In this document: in pieces, positions 25,701 through 36,548 of the stretch
Numbering within the stretch: position 1 is the first letter of the stretch
Layout of the letters: each line of letters starts with the position of its first letter
From: Amoebophrya sp. A120
Lineage: Eukaryota; Protista; Dinoflagellata
Assembly (NCBI GenBank): GCA_905178155.1
Contig: CAJINV010000005.1
Span: 922,564 to 986,563 of the forward strand
Direction of reading: 5' to 3'
Length of the DNA stretch: 64,000 nt
The notes under the pieces: generated by a model
Database searches by the model: none
The model's input: the letters and a program-made list of their open reading frames with translations, nothing else
Told to the model about the DNA's origin: nothing
Position numbers and translations under genes: made by a program

Positions 25701-27005
25701 AAACCCTTCCCGATCCCCGTAGTCGCGTGGGTCGGTTGCAACGTGGATTTGCATCATGACCTTTTCCTCTTCGCGACACAGCTCTAGGCTGGCTTGCTTA
25801 CGAGGAGCAGACGGCGCGGCTTCTGCAGAGGTTTTCTGATTCATTTTGTTTTTGTTCCCGCTGTTTTTTATTTTTTCATCATTATTTTCTAACTTCATCA
25901 AAAACTGCGTGCCGGGGACACCCTTGTATCTGCGCTGCACTCTAGAGCGGAGAAGGGACGAAGGAGGTTGTTGGTGCAGGTGCTGCACTTGTTTTTCAGA
26001 AGTAGCAGCCAATGGAACCAAGGCGGTTGTTCTACTGGGATCAAGAACATGATCTTCGGTCTTGATCAACATTTCTTCTTGCTGCTCCTCATCGTCAAGG
26101 ACCTGCTGCTGCCTTTGCTTCCTGCGATCGTCTTGTCGCTTCTTTGTCGACACAAGATCCGGGAAGAAGTCCCCCAGTCGCTCGGCCGGAGTTTTGGTAG
26201 TGCTAGACGTCGGAACGATGGTCGTTACCAGCCGACTGCTCGAGGACGACGAGGAGGAGGAAGACGTTGACGTGGACGAACTACTGCCCCCTCCGCCGGC
26301 AGAAAACATAACCCCGACTGCACCTCCACTTTTATCGCTCATCCGCGGCGCCGACGTGCTGCTACTTTGCCCTTCCGAGAAGTTGCTCCCATCGGCATAG
26401 AAATACCGTCCGCAGTTTTGATTCCGGGCCAGCAACGTCTTCAAGGCGTCAGAGTTTTTATAAACCTCGTCTGGCACCACCCGCCTTTCCCCAAACCGCT
26501 CGCACCAATCGAACTCTTTCGCCTGCATGGCTGACCGCCATACCTTGTACTCCTTGTTCGCCTTGCCCGTTCCGTGCGACAACCCATACGCCTTCCGCTG
26601 GTCAAGCAGCACGGTAGCAAAGTCTTGGTCCAGAAGGATCGGCTTGTCGGCGGCCCGCAACAAGGCTTTGGATAGCGGTTGATCCTCGGCTACGGGTGCC
26701 TGCTGTTGCAGAAAATGATCCGCGGGTGTCGTGGCAGTTGTAGGTTTCACAAACATCCTCGCTTTATTGTCCACCGGGGACTTTGAGGAAGACGAGGAAG
26801 CGCTTTGGCCCCCTCTGGAAGATGAACTGACATTTAACATGATTTTGGTTTTTTTACCATGACCAACCGGGAGGTCGGAAACGGAATCGTCGTCGGACGC
26901 AAACAAAATTGGTAAAGAAGTAAATTGCAGGGTAAGTATCAGGTGAAGAGGCGTTACAAGTAGGGTGTAAATTGGATGAAAACAATTGTGGTAGAAGAAC
27001 TTCAT
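16770..27005 (-). CDS. Eukaryotic RNAi RNA-dependent RNA polymerase (QDE-1/RDR type); 5' end uncertain
   Basis: After removing 14 introners and one GT-AG intron (23945-24176) the frame is continuous. It shows RdRP motifs in order: GKFFSRFQLLSSRT, DDIK, LSDGGGRIS, AIQIRSGVQKG, SSMCK, LNAQFIPLLE, KPRYVVPDSR..DFTQTL, ACPANLPTDV, GGDYDGDINWVCW, LARACLDMVKG. Confidence 0.9.
17052..17303. mobile_element. Introner, family C
   Basis: ~47-bp TIR containing tandem CTCAAACGTTACAAT; perfect TSD CGCTC. Confidence 0.93.
17346..17612. mobile_element. Introner, family A
   Basis: TATCAACTGCAAAAATGTCTGGGTCTGGAA ... TTCCAGACCCAGACACTTTTGCATTTGATA; perfect TSD ACTGG. Confidence 0.95.
17643..17950. mobile_element. 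Introner, family D
   Basis: TATGGA..TGTCAG..TTGAAATCGACAAAGTTGAAAT with an inverted copy at the right end; perfect TSD GCAAG. Confidence 0.93.
17981..18289. mobile_element. Introner, family B
   Basis: TATCCTGAG..AAAACGTCCCC ... GGGGAACGTTTTTGCACAGGATA; perfect TSD CCGAT. Confidence 0.92.
18352..18667. mobile_element. Introner, family E
   Basis: TATTACAATGAAAAATGCCCCCTCCCCA ... TGGGGAGGTGAGATTTTTCCTTTTGATA; perfect TSD GTTGC. Confidence 0.93.
18725..18912. mobile_element. Degenerate introner
   Basis: TATGC...GCATG ends with TSD GCAAG/GCAAA; join KTVLRYTG is in frame with the RdRP. Confidence 0.7.
19659..19954. mobile_element. Introner, family B, inside the RdRP catalytic motif
   Basis: TATTCTGTGTCAAAACGCC ... 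GGCGTTTTTACATAGGATA with TSD CGCAG/CGTAG; join GGDYDGD. Confidence 0.92.
20015..20243. mobile_element. Introner, family F
   Basis: TATGCATTGCAAAA ... CGAGTACGATAAAACTTTTGCACAGGATA with TSD TGCCG/CGCGG; join ILAADSTS. Confidence 0.8.
20458..20719. mobile_element. Introner, family A
   Basis: Family A TIRs with perfect TSD CATGG; join SRYFHVAYD. Confidence 0.93.
21463..21718. mobile_element. Introner, family A
   Basis: Family A TIRs with perfect TSD AGTCC; join VDLDSEED. Confidence 0.94.
22619..22929. mobile_element. Introner, family E
   Basis: TATCAAGAAGAAAAATCCCCCCTCCCCATATC ... GATATGGGGCAGGGGGATTTTTCCCATCGGTA; perfect TSD TGGTT. Confidence 0.92.
23077..23387. mobile_element. Introner, family E
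   Basis: CATCAAAAGGAAAAACTACCCCC ... GGGGGGACTTTTCCTCGCAATA with perfect TSD TCGTC; join RLDDVQQALEI. Confidence 0.88.
23535..23842. mobile_element. Introner, family E
   Basis: TATTACAATGAAAAATGCCCCCACCCC ... GGGGTGGGGGCATTTTTCACTGTAATA with TSD TGTGT/TGTGC; join EGHITAIQIR. Confidence 0.93.
25497..25634. mobile_element. Short introner (138 bp), family F
   Basis: Same ends as the 20015 copy; TSD TCCCC/TCCCT; join AGREGRKVIG. Confidence 0.85.
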
Positions 27006-27896
27006 AAAAGATGAACAAAATGTCGCCGTCGTCGTAGTTCTCGATATAGAATTAGAATATTTTTACCAGCAGTCTACTACAATCAATAGTTCTACTGACT
27101 TTCCAATATCCACCAATAATTGTCTCTGAAAATACGCCAAATACAACAAAGGTAGAGCAGGTCCGACAACGAGATTCAGCCCCCAAAAAAAACGACCGAA
27201 GTAGGCTTGCTTGCCACCACGAGAAAGGGCGAAGTGAAAAGAAAACCGTGTCAATAGCAGCATCACGAATCCTCACAACAGACATCCCTGCCGTAGTACA
27301 AAACGGCAGCACAGGTGAAAGTAATTGCGATGATCTTTCTGATTTTATCAGCTCTTGTGCAAACGACGCTCGTCACCAGGATCGACAATCAACATCCGGA
27401 TCTTGGATTCCGCACACGCCGCCGAAAATGAGGACAGGCACAACACCACCGGACGCCGATCGTAATCGACATAATTCGCAACGGATTTGTCCTCGTCAGC
27501 GGTCGATGTAATTTACCATGTTTGACACAGTTGCAAACGCTTTTGCAATGATATTACGATTCGAGATTTTACAAGGTTCTTGCAGTGCCTGGTCTTTACA
27601 CGAATACGTTTTGGCTTCTATCTTCGTTCTTCCCATAGTTTCATTTTACATGTTGTTTAATCCGTAGCTAGTTTCAAACCAAAAAATACTCACATCTCTT
27701 GGAGAATCGGTTGTCATTCAGTATACGCGTTGAGACCTTGACACAGCGTGTACTTGGTGTCAAATGCGCAACTCTTATGATGATAGGTACCCAGTTTAGC
27801 AGCCAATGCAAACCGGCAAATTTTCCGCAAAAAAGAAGCCTGAAACTACAAGGATTTCTAGGGCCACGATTCTTCTACGCGTGTCCACCTCCGTCT

Positions 27897-28202
27897 TCAC
27901 GCGGCCACCTCCTTACTGCTGCTGCTCTGCTTGCTCCTTTCTGTCCCCGGCGCTGTCTCTGCGTCTTCTTCGTCCTCCTCGTCTCTGCTCGCCTTCTGTT
28001 GTTCTTTCCTTACCGGCGTCGTGGACACTACGCTCGCGCCCGCGCCGATTAGTAGTTCCGACTCGGTGCCGGCCTGGGATTTGGAGAAGTAATGGCAGCC
28101 GAATATGAAGACGCCCACCAGGATCGCCGCGGCGCAAAACCGGAGCAGCAGGCCCACATCGCGAGAAGCCGCGTCGGCCGCTTTGATGTTAGTTTTGATC
28201 AC
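27897..28202 (-). CDS. Possible small single-TM protein or exon
   Basis: Hydrophobic stretch followed by an acidic/Ser tail; no ATG start identified. Confidence 0.3.
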   Translation of the reverse strand: MIKTNIKAADAASRDVGLLLRFCAAAILVGVFIFGCHYFSKSQAGTESELLIGAGASVVSTTPVRKEQQKASRDEEDEEDAETAPGTERSKQSSSSKEVAA

Positions 28203-28431
28203 GTCGTATGGTTCTTATTTCGACAGTTCTAGAGAGTGACTTTTCGAAATTTTCACCATTGGGTCTCGCACTGGTGCATATAATATGCTGATACTGATGC
28301 AAACAGCAAAACTACTTGACGAGAAAACTACCGCGAGGCCAAATCACTCAAGTACCAGATGACGAAGCCGCAGCCAATCCCTGGGGCCGGACAAGCATCT
28401 TTGCGGTCACTTTTGGCGCACCGTCGTCCGC

Positions 28432-28693
28432 TATGAAATGCAAAAATGTCTGGGTCTGGAAGATTGTAACTTGTGTTGCTGCATTTGCATGTCTAAAAAA
28501 TTTGTGTTGCATGGGCAGCAAAAGGAGTCTAATTTTTGGTACGCGGAGAGGGCACTTGTGATGCGAAATAGGCATCAAGAATCCCTCAAAAAAGCTGGGA
28601 TGCTAGGGCATGCATCACAGACATCATGGCTCATGCAAAACGTGCATGACAAGTCCCAGAATCTTCCCGACCCAGACATTTTTTCATTTGATA
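28432..28693. mobile_element. Introner, family A
   Basis: Family A TIRs with perfect TSD TCCGC. It is an inverted close relative of the 17346 copy; the minus-strand join ILPEAADDGAPK is open. Confidence 0.93.
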
Positions 28694-29646
28694 TCCGCCG
28701 CCTCCGGAAGAATCTTTCGGTGCAGTTCCGGCGACAGCTTCTTTCCGACGAGCTAAATTTCGGTTCACACGTGAAAGTAAAATACCGGAATGGTATTAGG
28801 ATTGCTGGTCTCTTTCCTCCTTTGTGTTTTTGCTTTTCATTTGATTCATTTCACCTAGCACCTTGCTACTGCAGAAGTATTTTAGCAAAAAGAGCAGTAA
28901 TACTAAATATCTTGGTCCAGTCTCCTACTATATACCTTCACTTTCTCCTTGCCCGGAGACGCCGCATCTACGAATGAACCGAGCAAACCTGCCAACGGCA
29001 CTAGCGCGACTGCGCTCATGTGAGCAAGGACCGCCCCTCGGAAAATCATTCCAAGGATCTCCGCGACGAGAAGAAAGAAACGCACTTGCTTCTACTTGCA
29101 CCGATCCCGCCTCCCAAGAAGATGTGGTCGTTGGTCTACGGTGCCCTGCTTTTGCAATCACAGGAACGACGGCGCGTCATCGATGTTGTCGTTTTCGGAT
29201 CATATAAAAGCTCAACTCCGCACCATTTCGGGCTCTTCTATACAACGTAAAATGTTGTAACGGAAGCACGTAAAAGAAATGACTGGAACCATACAAGAAC
29301 AACGCCACGATAAGTTGAATACTCGGCTCTGACGTCTTTCAAGTGACGTTCCTAAAGTCGCTCTGAAAGGAATCGAAACTTCAACTTGAGATACCAGAGG
29401 GAACACATTCCCGAAATCATCTTCATGTCTGCAGATATAATTGCATCTTTGCCCATTGATTCGCGACTGCGAGCGGAGCGGGTTCGTCGTTGTTCTTTCG
29501 TTTTCTTGCGAGATGAAGTGGCAATAATCACAAAGATCGTGCGCAACAACATGAATCAAAAATGAATCGCTGATGCCGTGACTGTCGTCTGATAGAAATT
29601 CGCTCGCGAAAAAAAGAATACGCGTATCCCAAATCAATATCAAAAT

Positions 29647-32600
29647 TTACTTCCTCCTCCCGCCACCACCGGTTTTCCCCGGGTCTTCTCCCATGTGCGT
29701 GAAGAGTTTTTCCAGCGTTTTTCTGTCCACGTCCGCGCCGAAGGCGAACGCCAAGGACGGAAACTGCGCTTTCACAAATTCGCAGGTTTGGTAATTGTAG
29801 TACCCATGCTCCTTCGGGGCCAAAATCTTCTCGTAGCATTTCTTTTCCATTTTCTGCAGGTTCAGAATGCAGGGCGCCGGCCGCCAGTCGGGGTTGATGG
29901 ACAACACGAGAAGCTTGGCTGGTTTCGCTTTTTTCTCGAGCGCGAAAAGCGTCTCGATCATATCACAGCACAGCTGGATCTCCGACTCAATGTAGGGCGG
30001 GTTGGCAATTACGGTGAAAATATTTTTTGATGCTTCGTTTTGGTTTATAACTTCATCTACCGCTTCTTTCATTCCGCTCTTCAGACTAGATTTATTTTCC
30101 GTCGGCAAGAGTACCGCCTGCTCGAGCTTTCGCTTCTTCGATGCCGGGTCCTCCACGCGACCGCTTTTCGATACTAGCGCCTCTTCTTCTTCCACTTTTC
30201 TATTACTTCTCTTCGGCTCGAACTGCTCCGGAAACACCTGCGCCCATTCCACCTCATACAGGCTCCCGAGAGACCCGAACATCGTGTCCAGGTTGAAGGG
30301 GCTACAGTACGTGGGCAGGGTGTGGTTGAAGGGCGACGCGTAGGCCTCCACCTGCCCGTTTAAATTCTCCTTCACGAACTCGTACACCGCCGGCCCGAAG
30401 CCCCAATAGAGCGAGCCGGACGCAACTAGGTAAGCGAAGGCGGTGGCGAGGAGGAGGTTCTCCGGGTCCTCGTGTCGCCGTGAAAAAGTGGTGCCGGTCG
30501 TGGTGTCCTTGTGGAGAAGCGAGGTTTCCGTGGCCTTGCCTTGGAGGATCAAAGTCTGCTGACAACGGTGCAGTAGTTCCTCATATTTCTCCTTGGCCAC
30601 GGAAAGTTTCAGACCCTGCAAACCCAGCGACGTCGTCGACTTGGCCGGAGCAGTGGTGCTCGCGGTATGACTTGATGATGATGCTCCAGCACGACCCGCA
30701 CACTGCTCAACATGATTTCCACTGTTCTCTTTCTCCGCAGTGCTATTGAACTGTGACGCAATTTTGTACTCCACCAGACTTTTTCCCTTTTTCTCGACGT
30801 GCTTCACTTCGAGCAATTTCTGCAACAGCTCCAACTTGTCGGCCACCTCGTTGCGCCGCATGCTGGCGAGCTCCTGCTTGGAAATTTTCTTCCTGTTTGA
30901 CGACTTGCTGGACCTGCTTTTCTCCTTTGATCTGCCCCGCTTGTTGTGAAAAGTATTTGCATGATTATCCTCAGAGAGAAGTCTCACCCGGGGTGGAGCG
31001 GGCTTCTCTTGCTCTTCACGTTGAACATTTTCCTCGTCCTCTTCCTCTCCGGAAGAGGTTTGGTTTTCGATCCGCACAGGCTGGCGCTCGGGCGAGTAGT
31101 CATCGGACAGCAGGCGCACGCGCGGAGAGCTAGGTTTGGAGGAAGAACTTGGTCTATTTGGAACCGCTGCAGCTCCTCGCGCCGGTAGTACTGCTGCACT
31201 AGAGGTGGAAGCTGCTGCAGCAGTTGTAGCATGTGTGTTGTCAGCGTTCGTCGAGTTTGACAAAGGAGATTTTTTGACGATATTGTTTTTGTCCGCAAGA
31301 TCATTTTTCTCGTTCCCAACAACGCCATTTTCCCCGCTGGGAAGTGGTGCCGCAGATGAAGTAGTAGATACCAACTTCCCCTTGTGTCGGAACTGCGGGG
31401 GGGAACGAGGAGGCGAATCCGACCCGTGTTTCGCGGTGGAATTCGCCCGTGGCCTCGCGATCTGCCCGGGATGCCGCACGCGCCACGAACTCAGGTGCAG
31501 GAGAATGGATTCGTGCGTTGAAAGCACGACTCTGCTGTTGTTGTCACCCGCGGTAGCTGAAACTGAGTCCATTGCAACATCACGACCCTCCGCCACAAGT
31601 TCTTGTACAACTTGCGCACTGGTGCTAGACAGCGCCAGTCTTGGCGGCGACGAGGACCCTGGTGCGACGACAGCACCCGAAGATGGTGATCTTCGCGCGG
31701 ACAATAAAACTGGGCTCTGCGGACGGGAGGAAGCGGACTTGGACGGGTTGGACGAGGAGACCAACGGATAGTGGTTTTTGTAACTCCCCTCCTCCTTGCT
31801 GCCCAACAACGACCCCCGCTTGCTGCTGCTCCCAACGATCTTCATCCGCTTCTGCGCCGAGATTTCCGGGCGGAAGCAGCGGACCAGCTGCAGGATGTTT
31901 TCGGCTTGCACGGGCAGGAATTTCAGCGGGTCCGGGTCCTTGTACCACCCGTGCGGCCTCCGGAACAAGCCCTGCTCATTTTTTAACTGCTCCTGGAGCT
32001 GCATGATCCGCTTCGCCCGCTCCCGGCGCTCCTTTACGTTCTTAGGCGCCTCGAGTTCCGGCGCCCGGCTAAGTGTGTCGGAGAGGAGCATGCTCGTGCT
32101 CGTCACAGAGGGGTGTTTGGTCATAGTTCCATTTACTATTTTCGGCGATACAGGACCACCCGTCACAGGACGGTCACGGTTGTTGGTGGCGCCTTGCTGC
32201 TCATTCGTCAAGCTGCCCGGAACGATCTTACTAGCCGCGCCTGCCAGGTCCTCGGACGAGTCGGCTTTCACAATGGTTGGAACTGTTTTGCTCGTCGTGG
32301 TTGTACCAATGCTTAAAGTAGATTCAGCCGCGGCGGAAACGGCTGCCACCCCTGCCGCAGAACTAAAAACGGCTGCCACATTAAGATCAGCAGCACGATC
32401 CGCTGCGGGAGGCCCTCCTCTTGCAGTTGTACTGTTATCCTGCAAGAAGCACTTCAACTCCCCCGGCACGGGTATCTCCTTCTCCTTGAACTCGGCGAGC
32501 ATTTTCTCGAAAACCTCTGCAAAAGACACTTTCTCGTTCCTGGCGGACACGTAAAACCGGCTGTAAATGTTCGCCAGCTCGTACTTCATGCTGTCCAGCT

Positions 32601-32760
32601 TGCGCCTCGAAGGCTTGATGTTAGTCATGACCTCCGATTCCGGGCCAAACGCGGCCTCGAATAAGCAGTCACGGAATATCAAATACCGGGCGGACTCGCT
32701 GACGGAATCGTCGACCAGGGCGAGCAACTCGTCATCCGTGTTCGTGGTGGGTTTCGACAT
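29647..32760 (-). CDS. PCIF1/CAPAM-like cap-specific adenosine N6-methyltransferase domain protein; may have further 3' exons to ~28348
   Basis: EAYASPFN..YCSPF..DTMFGSLGS, ANPPY and INPDW motifs behind a long low-complexity N-terminus. Confidence 0.82.
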   Translation of the reverse strand: MSKPTTNTDDELLALVDDSVSESARYLIFRDCLFEAAFGPESEVMTNIKPSRRKLDSMKYELANIYSRFYVSARNEKVSFAEVFEKMLAEFKEKEIPVPGELKCFLQDNSTTARGGPPAADRAADLNVAAVFSSAAGVAAVSAAAESTLSIGTTTTSKTVPTIVKADSSEDLAGAASKIVPGSLTNEQQGATNNRDRPVTGGPVSPKIVNGTMTKHPSVTSTSMLLSDTLSRAPELEAPKNVKERRERAKRIMQLQEQLKNEQGLFRRPHGWYKDPDPLKFLPVQAENILQLVRCFRPEISAQKRMKIVGSSSKRGSLLGSKEEGSYKNHYPLVSSSNPSKSASSRPQSPVLLSARRSPSSGAVVAPGSSSPPRLALSSTSAQVVQELVAEGRDVAMDSVSATAGDNNSRVVLSTHESILLHLSSWRVRHPGQIARPRANSTAKHGSDSPPRSPPQFRHKGKLVSTTSSAAPLPSGENGVVGNEKNDLADKNNIVKKSPLSNSTNADNTHATTAAAASTSSAAVLPARGAAAVPNRPSSSSKPSSPRVRLLSDDYSPERQPVRIENQTSSGEEEDEENVQREEQEKPAPPRVRLLSEDNHANTFHNKRGRSKEKSRSSKSSNRKKISKQELASMRRNEVADKLELLQKLLEVKHVEKKGKSLVEYKIASQFNSTAEKENSGNHVEQCAGRAGASSSSHTASTTAPAKSTTSLGLQGLKLSVAKEKYEELLHRCQQTLILQGKATETSLLHKDTTTGTTFSRRHEDPENLLLATAFAYLVASGSLYWGFGPAVYEFVKENLNGQVEAYASPFNHTLPTYCSPFNLDTMFGSLGSLYEVEWAQVFPEQFEPKRSNRKVEEEEALVSKSGRVEDPASKKRKLEQAVLLPTENKSSLKSGMKEAVDEVINQNEASKNIFTVIANPPYIESEIQLCCDMIETLFALEKKAKPAKLLVLSINPDWRPAPCILNLQKMEKKCYEKILAPKEHGYYNYQTCEFVKAQFPSLAFAFGADVDRKTLEKLFTHMGEDPGKTGGGGRRK

Positions 32761-35700
32761 TTTTTCGAGTATTGGGCTTATTTGGGGGGCGGGAGGTCTA
32801 ACTCAATACAGGGTGCGGTTTGGGGGTGGGCACTTGTAGAGATTTGTTTTTGCGTATAAGAAGTTGTAGTACTCTTAACAAGGAGGAGGGGCTACTACTT
32901 CATATGTCGTCCGCACTGCGGAAACAAATCAGTGGAGACGTATGATCGCTGGCAAAAAAGAAGAAGTAAGTAGCTCGACTTGTTGTGAGAAAATGTGATC
33001 GCCGATTGTTGGCCTTTGTTGAAACAGGAACAGAGTGGTGGTGCTGGCAATGATGCATGTAGAAGAAACGAAGATCAATCTCCTGCTGGCTTCAGGTTGC
33101 TATGCAGCTCCGCGACGTGTTGATCAAGTCTGTTGTATTCCACTTTTGTACTAGATCACCATACATAGACAAAAATCTCATCGAGCAAAGGTTTCTTTGC
33201 CAGGCTTCTACAGCTTGTATCGATTGGTGGTTCATTTTTCTGGATAATTGATCGTCCCACTGTCCATCTATTCACAAACTCGTCGCGCGAGGATTATCGA
33301 GCGTGAAGATGATGCTTTGAAGTACAACTTTTCACCTGAACAACCTGCAGAAAAAATGCGGAATACGCAGAATTCGGTCGGGATCAGAAGTGGAAAAGAG
33401 AAAAAGTATTCGGGCTGACAACTCCGTTGCGACACCGTCGCTCCACCGCCTGCTGCGCGCAGATGAGCGCCGTAGTACTCGTAGGGTTGGACTAGAGAGG
33501 GCCAGGAGGTTGACAGACTTCTTGTCGTCCCCGAGACAGCTCACCTCAATTGCGGCACGAACTGCCCTGCAGCTGCGACCTCTGTTGTACCGTGAAACAC
33601 AGACCACGGAGGTTGATCAACATGGAAGATCGCGGTGGCCGATTTCGGGAGTAGTGTCTGTACTGCCTTCGCCGCCACATTGCCCCCCTCGTCAGCCATC
33701 CATCTTCAGTGTTGGGTTGTTCTGCAAGGCCCGTGTCGCAGCGCACAAACTGCTGAAACCGCCTACGACCAGATGGGAACTGGGAGTCGGTCTATCCAAG
33801 ACTAAGGACCCATGGAGCTGCGCGGTCGCCAAGAAAGCGTCGGCTGCAAGCTGGGCCCAGGAGACCAGGCCGCCTGTGTTGAGTCGTGCAGTTGTTTTGA
33901 AGAATGAGTTATTGTATTTTGCAACTGTGGTCGTTGCACCTAAGTGCTACCAGGGCGACCACTACGAATTCATGTCGTGATGCAGATGCGGACCACGGGT
34001 GGGAAAGAAGAGAAATAGACACATCCTGTAAAACATATCTACCTATCCCCGCTCGCTTTATGAGCGCTATTCTGGCCGCCACCGCGACGAACCACACTGC
34101 AGAGCCTAGTCTCTGTTCCGAGGTACCGCGCTGGCAGCCTGTTTTTGTTTTTCGTCTTTTTTATCCATCATTTTCATGACATAAGATGAAATGGCTTCTG
34201 TTATTTCTTGTTATAATCGCAGAATTATCTGCATGACGACACAAACACTTCATTCATCCGTACTTACCCCAGATGTCTGTGCTGGAGCTCGCGGCAGGCT
34301 GCTCTCCAAGAACGACACTTTTTAGTGTCACGCCATCCTCTAGGACATCGTCCGCCAGCATTATCATGCGGTACCCGATCTCCAGCGAAGTTCTGTTTGA
34401 AATGAGTATGAGACTTGATGAATTTGTTGATCTTATTACCTTGAAAGTTATCTATGCCTGCAAGCGTATCTTGCACTCGCGTGGCATAAAATCGATTTTC
34501 ACGACCTATCCCTATCCACCAAAAACCGCAACGCAAAAACAGTACAGCAAGTCGCCCGATTTTATCCTCTTTCTCAGTGCCACTAGGCGAAGGAAGCACG
34601 TCCCGAACCAGAGAAAGCGGCACACGCTGCGGAGATTAGTCTCGATCCGCTCTAGCAGCTGCGACAGCCGGTGCCACCTGTACGTTTGTTGTTGGGCATG
34701 GCATGAAATCAATTCTAAGGGAGAACGAGAATTATACCGTCCCGGAAATTGCTTCTACTTCACGTTTGACGAATAAGCAGTACTCTTCTCCACACATAAA
34801 CTTGCGAAGAAAACATGATAGCCAATGAATGTACTTTATGTAGTCCTTCGAGTTCAACTTGTGCTGGTTGCAGCGTATCCTTGCATACCGCACGAGGAAG
34901 TACAGCGTTCGTGCGAGCTTTTCCCTCGATTCTGTCTGCACCGGATCGTCCATCATACTGGACGCGGCCATGGTTGGCGGTTGCAGCCTCCGGCCCCCAG
35001 GACGGCAGCGAGCGATGGTGGTAAGGCACTACCTGGTGAGCAACTCCAACTTCTACTCCACTCCAGGCCTCTTCGCAAGAATAAACCGCGTATGCGAACG
35101 CGGTGGCGCCGGAAGACCTAGCGGAGGTTTACCCGCTCGCGTGAGATGATGTACTTCCGGACTTGTCGGAAACAAGTTGAGCAAAGCTAGCGGAGATGAC
35201 AAACAACGAAGCAACGTTGCGGGTGACGCTGCGACATCTGATTTTTGATGCACGGTACAATTGCTTCGAAAAGTGTTTTCACTTCATCTCAGGCATCAAC
35301 TCCGGTACAGAAGACCAAGCCGGTGTTCTTGCGTCTCAGATTTAGTGAGGTGTTGTGTCGTCGACTGATTAATTTTCATCAAACGCAAAACAACGCTAGT
35401 ACCTAACGCTCCACAGATGCAAAGCAAGTAGAAAAAAAGACGGAACAAATTATGCGCGCGCCGCGGTGCCCGAACAAGCGGGGTCAGCAAATCCGCTTCA
35501 CTTACCTTCTGCCGCTACATCTATTTCTACATCGTTTTATACGTACTCCATTCATTGTACACCGGTTTCTTGAAAAAGTTTCTGAAGAAAACTCAACTGC
35601 GTCCTCTAATGGCAGTAATAACTCACATCCCTTACAACAAATAACGACAGGCACGCGTATAAATAGCGTCTGAAAAAAATCACTCTAGCAAGAATCACTA

Positions 35701-35879
35701 GCCTTCGGGATGTTGAACATTAGTCCATCAACAAAGGCTCAATGCATTGCTGGAGATCACTACACTTTTTTTCCTGTACTTCCTGCCTGCAAGAACAGCA
35801 GTCACCTCTATTCGTAATCCTGACCATCGCAATTATATGCTCAGGAGCAGAAACCAAATTCCGCCCGCGCTTTTCGCTT

Positions 35880-36548
35880 CTACCTGCTCACGACATCGAC
35901 GTCCTCCCGCGATGCCAAATTCGTCACCGCGGCCTGCAACGCACTGCCATCCGCGATGTCCCCGTACCGTGCCTCCTTGTGCTGCCACACCAATTTCCCC
36001 TGCCCGTCGAACACCATCACACCACCCAGATACCCGATCTGCCCGCCGGACCGGGATGACACCCCGCTCGGCACGTCAAAATCGTGTTTACCGAGGAAGT
36101 TCACTAATGCCTTGGGGGAAAAAAACGCCCACCCGCTGGTGGACGGGCCCTGGGTGTCGTGCATCAGCTTGAACCAGTCGCGATCGGGGTCGATTAAGAT
36201 GGAGCGGAAGGGTGACGACGGGGTGGCAGGAGCGCTCTCGGGAAGTTTAGATGTTGATGAACCACTAGTACAACTGTGCACGATCGGGGCGAGGCACTCC
36301 TTGACATTGTCCTCGCTGTCGTCCGCGCCCACGACAAACACTTTGTTCATCTTGTCAGCATCGCCCAACTTGTTGGCGATCAGGTTTGCCTCGTGCAAAC
36401 AGGGTTTTCAGCCAGACCGGCGGACGAGCATCACCACCGCGCCGTGGGGTTTCCAGAACTGCTGGTTGGCCGGGAGAAAATCCTGGGCCCGATTGAAGGG
36501 CCGAAGGACGGAGGCCAGGTTCTGAAACGCACTGGAAGACGACGACAT
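35880..36548 (-). CDS. Peroxiredoxin-like (PRXL2/SelU, AhpC-TSA_2 type) protein; probable selenoprotein
   Basis: VVMLVRRSG-TGA-KPCLHEA, with the same frame on both sides of the TGA at 36408-36410. The C-terminal GYLGGVMVFDGQGKLVWQHKE..YGD is typical of the family. Confidence 0.82.

Noticed and set aside
33332-35490. Probable fragmented minus-strand gene
   Set aside because: Coding-like patches are present, but I could not build a consistent exon chain or assign a product.
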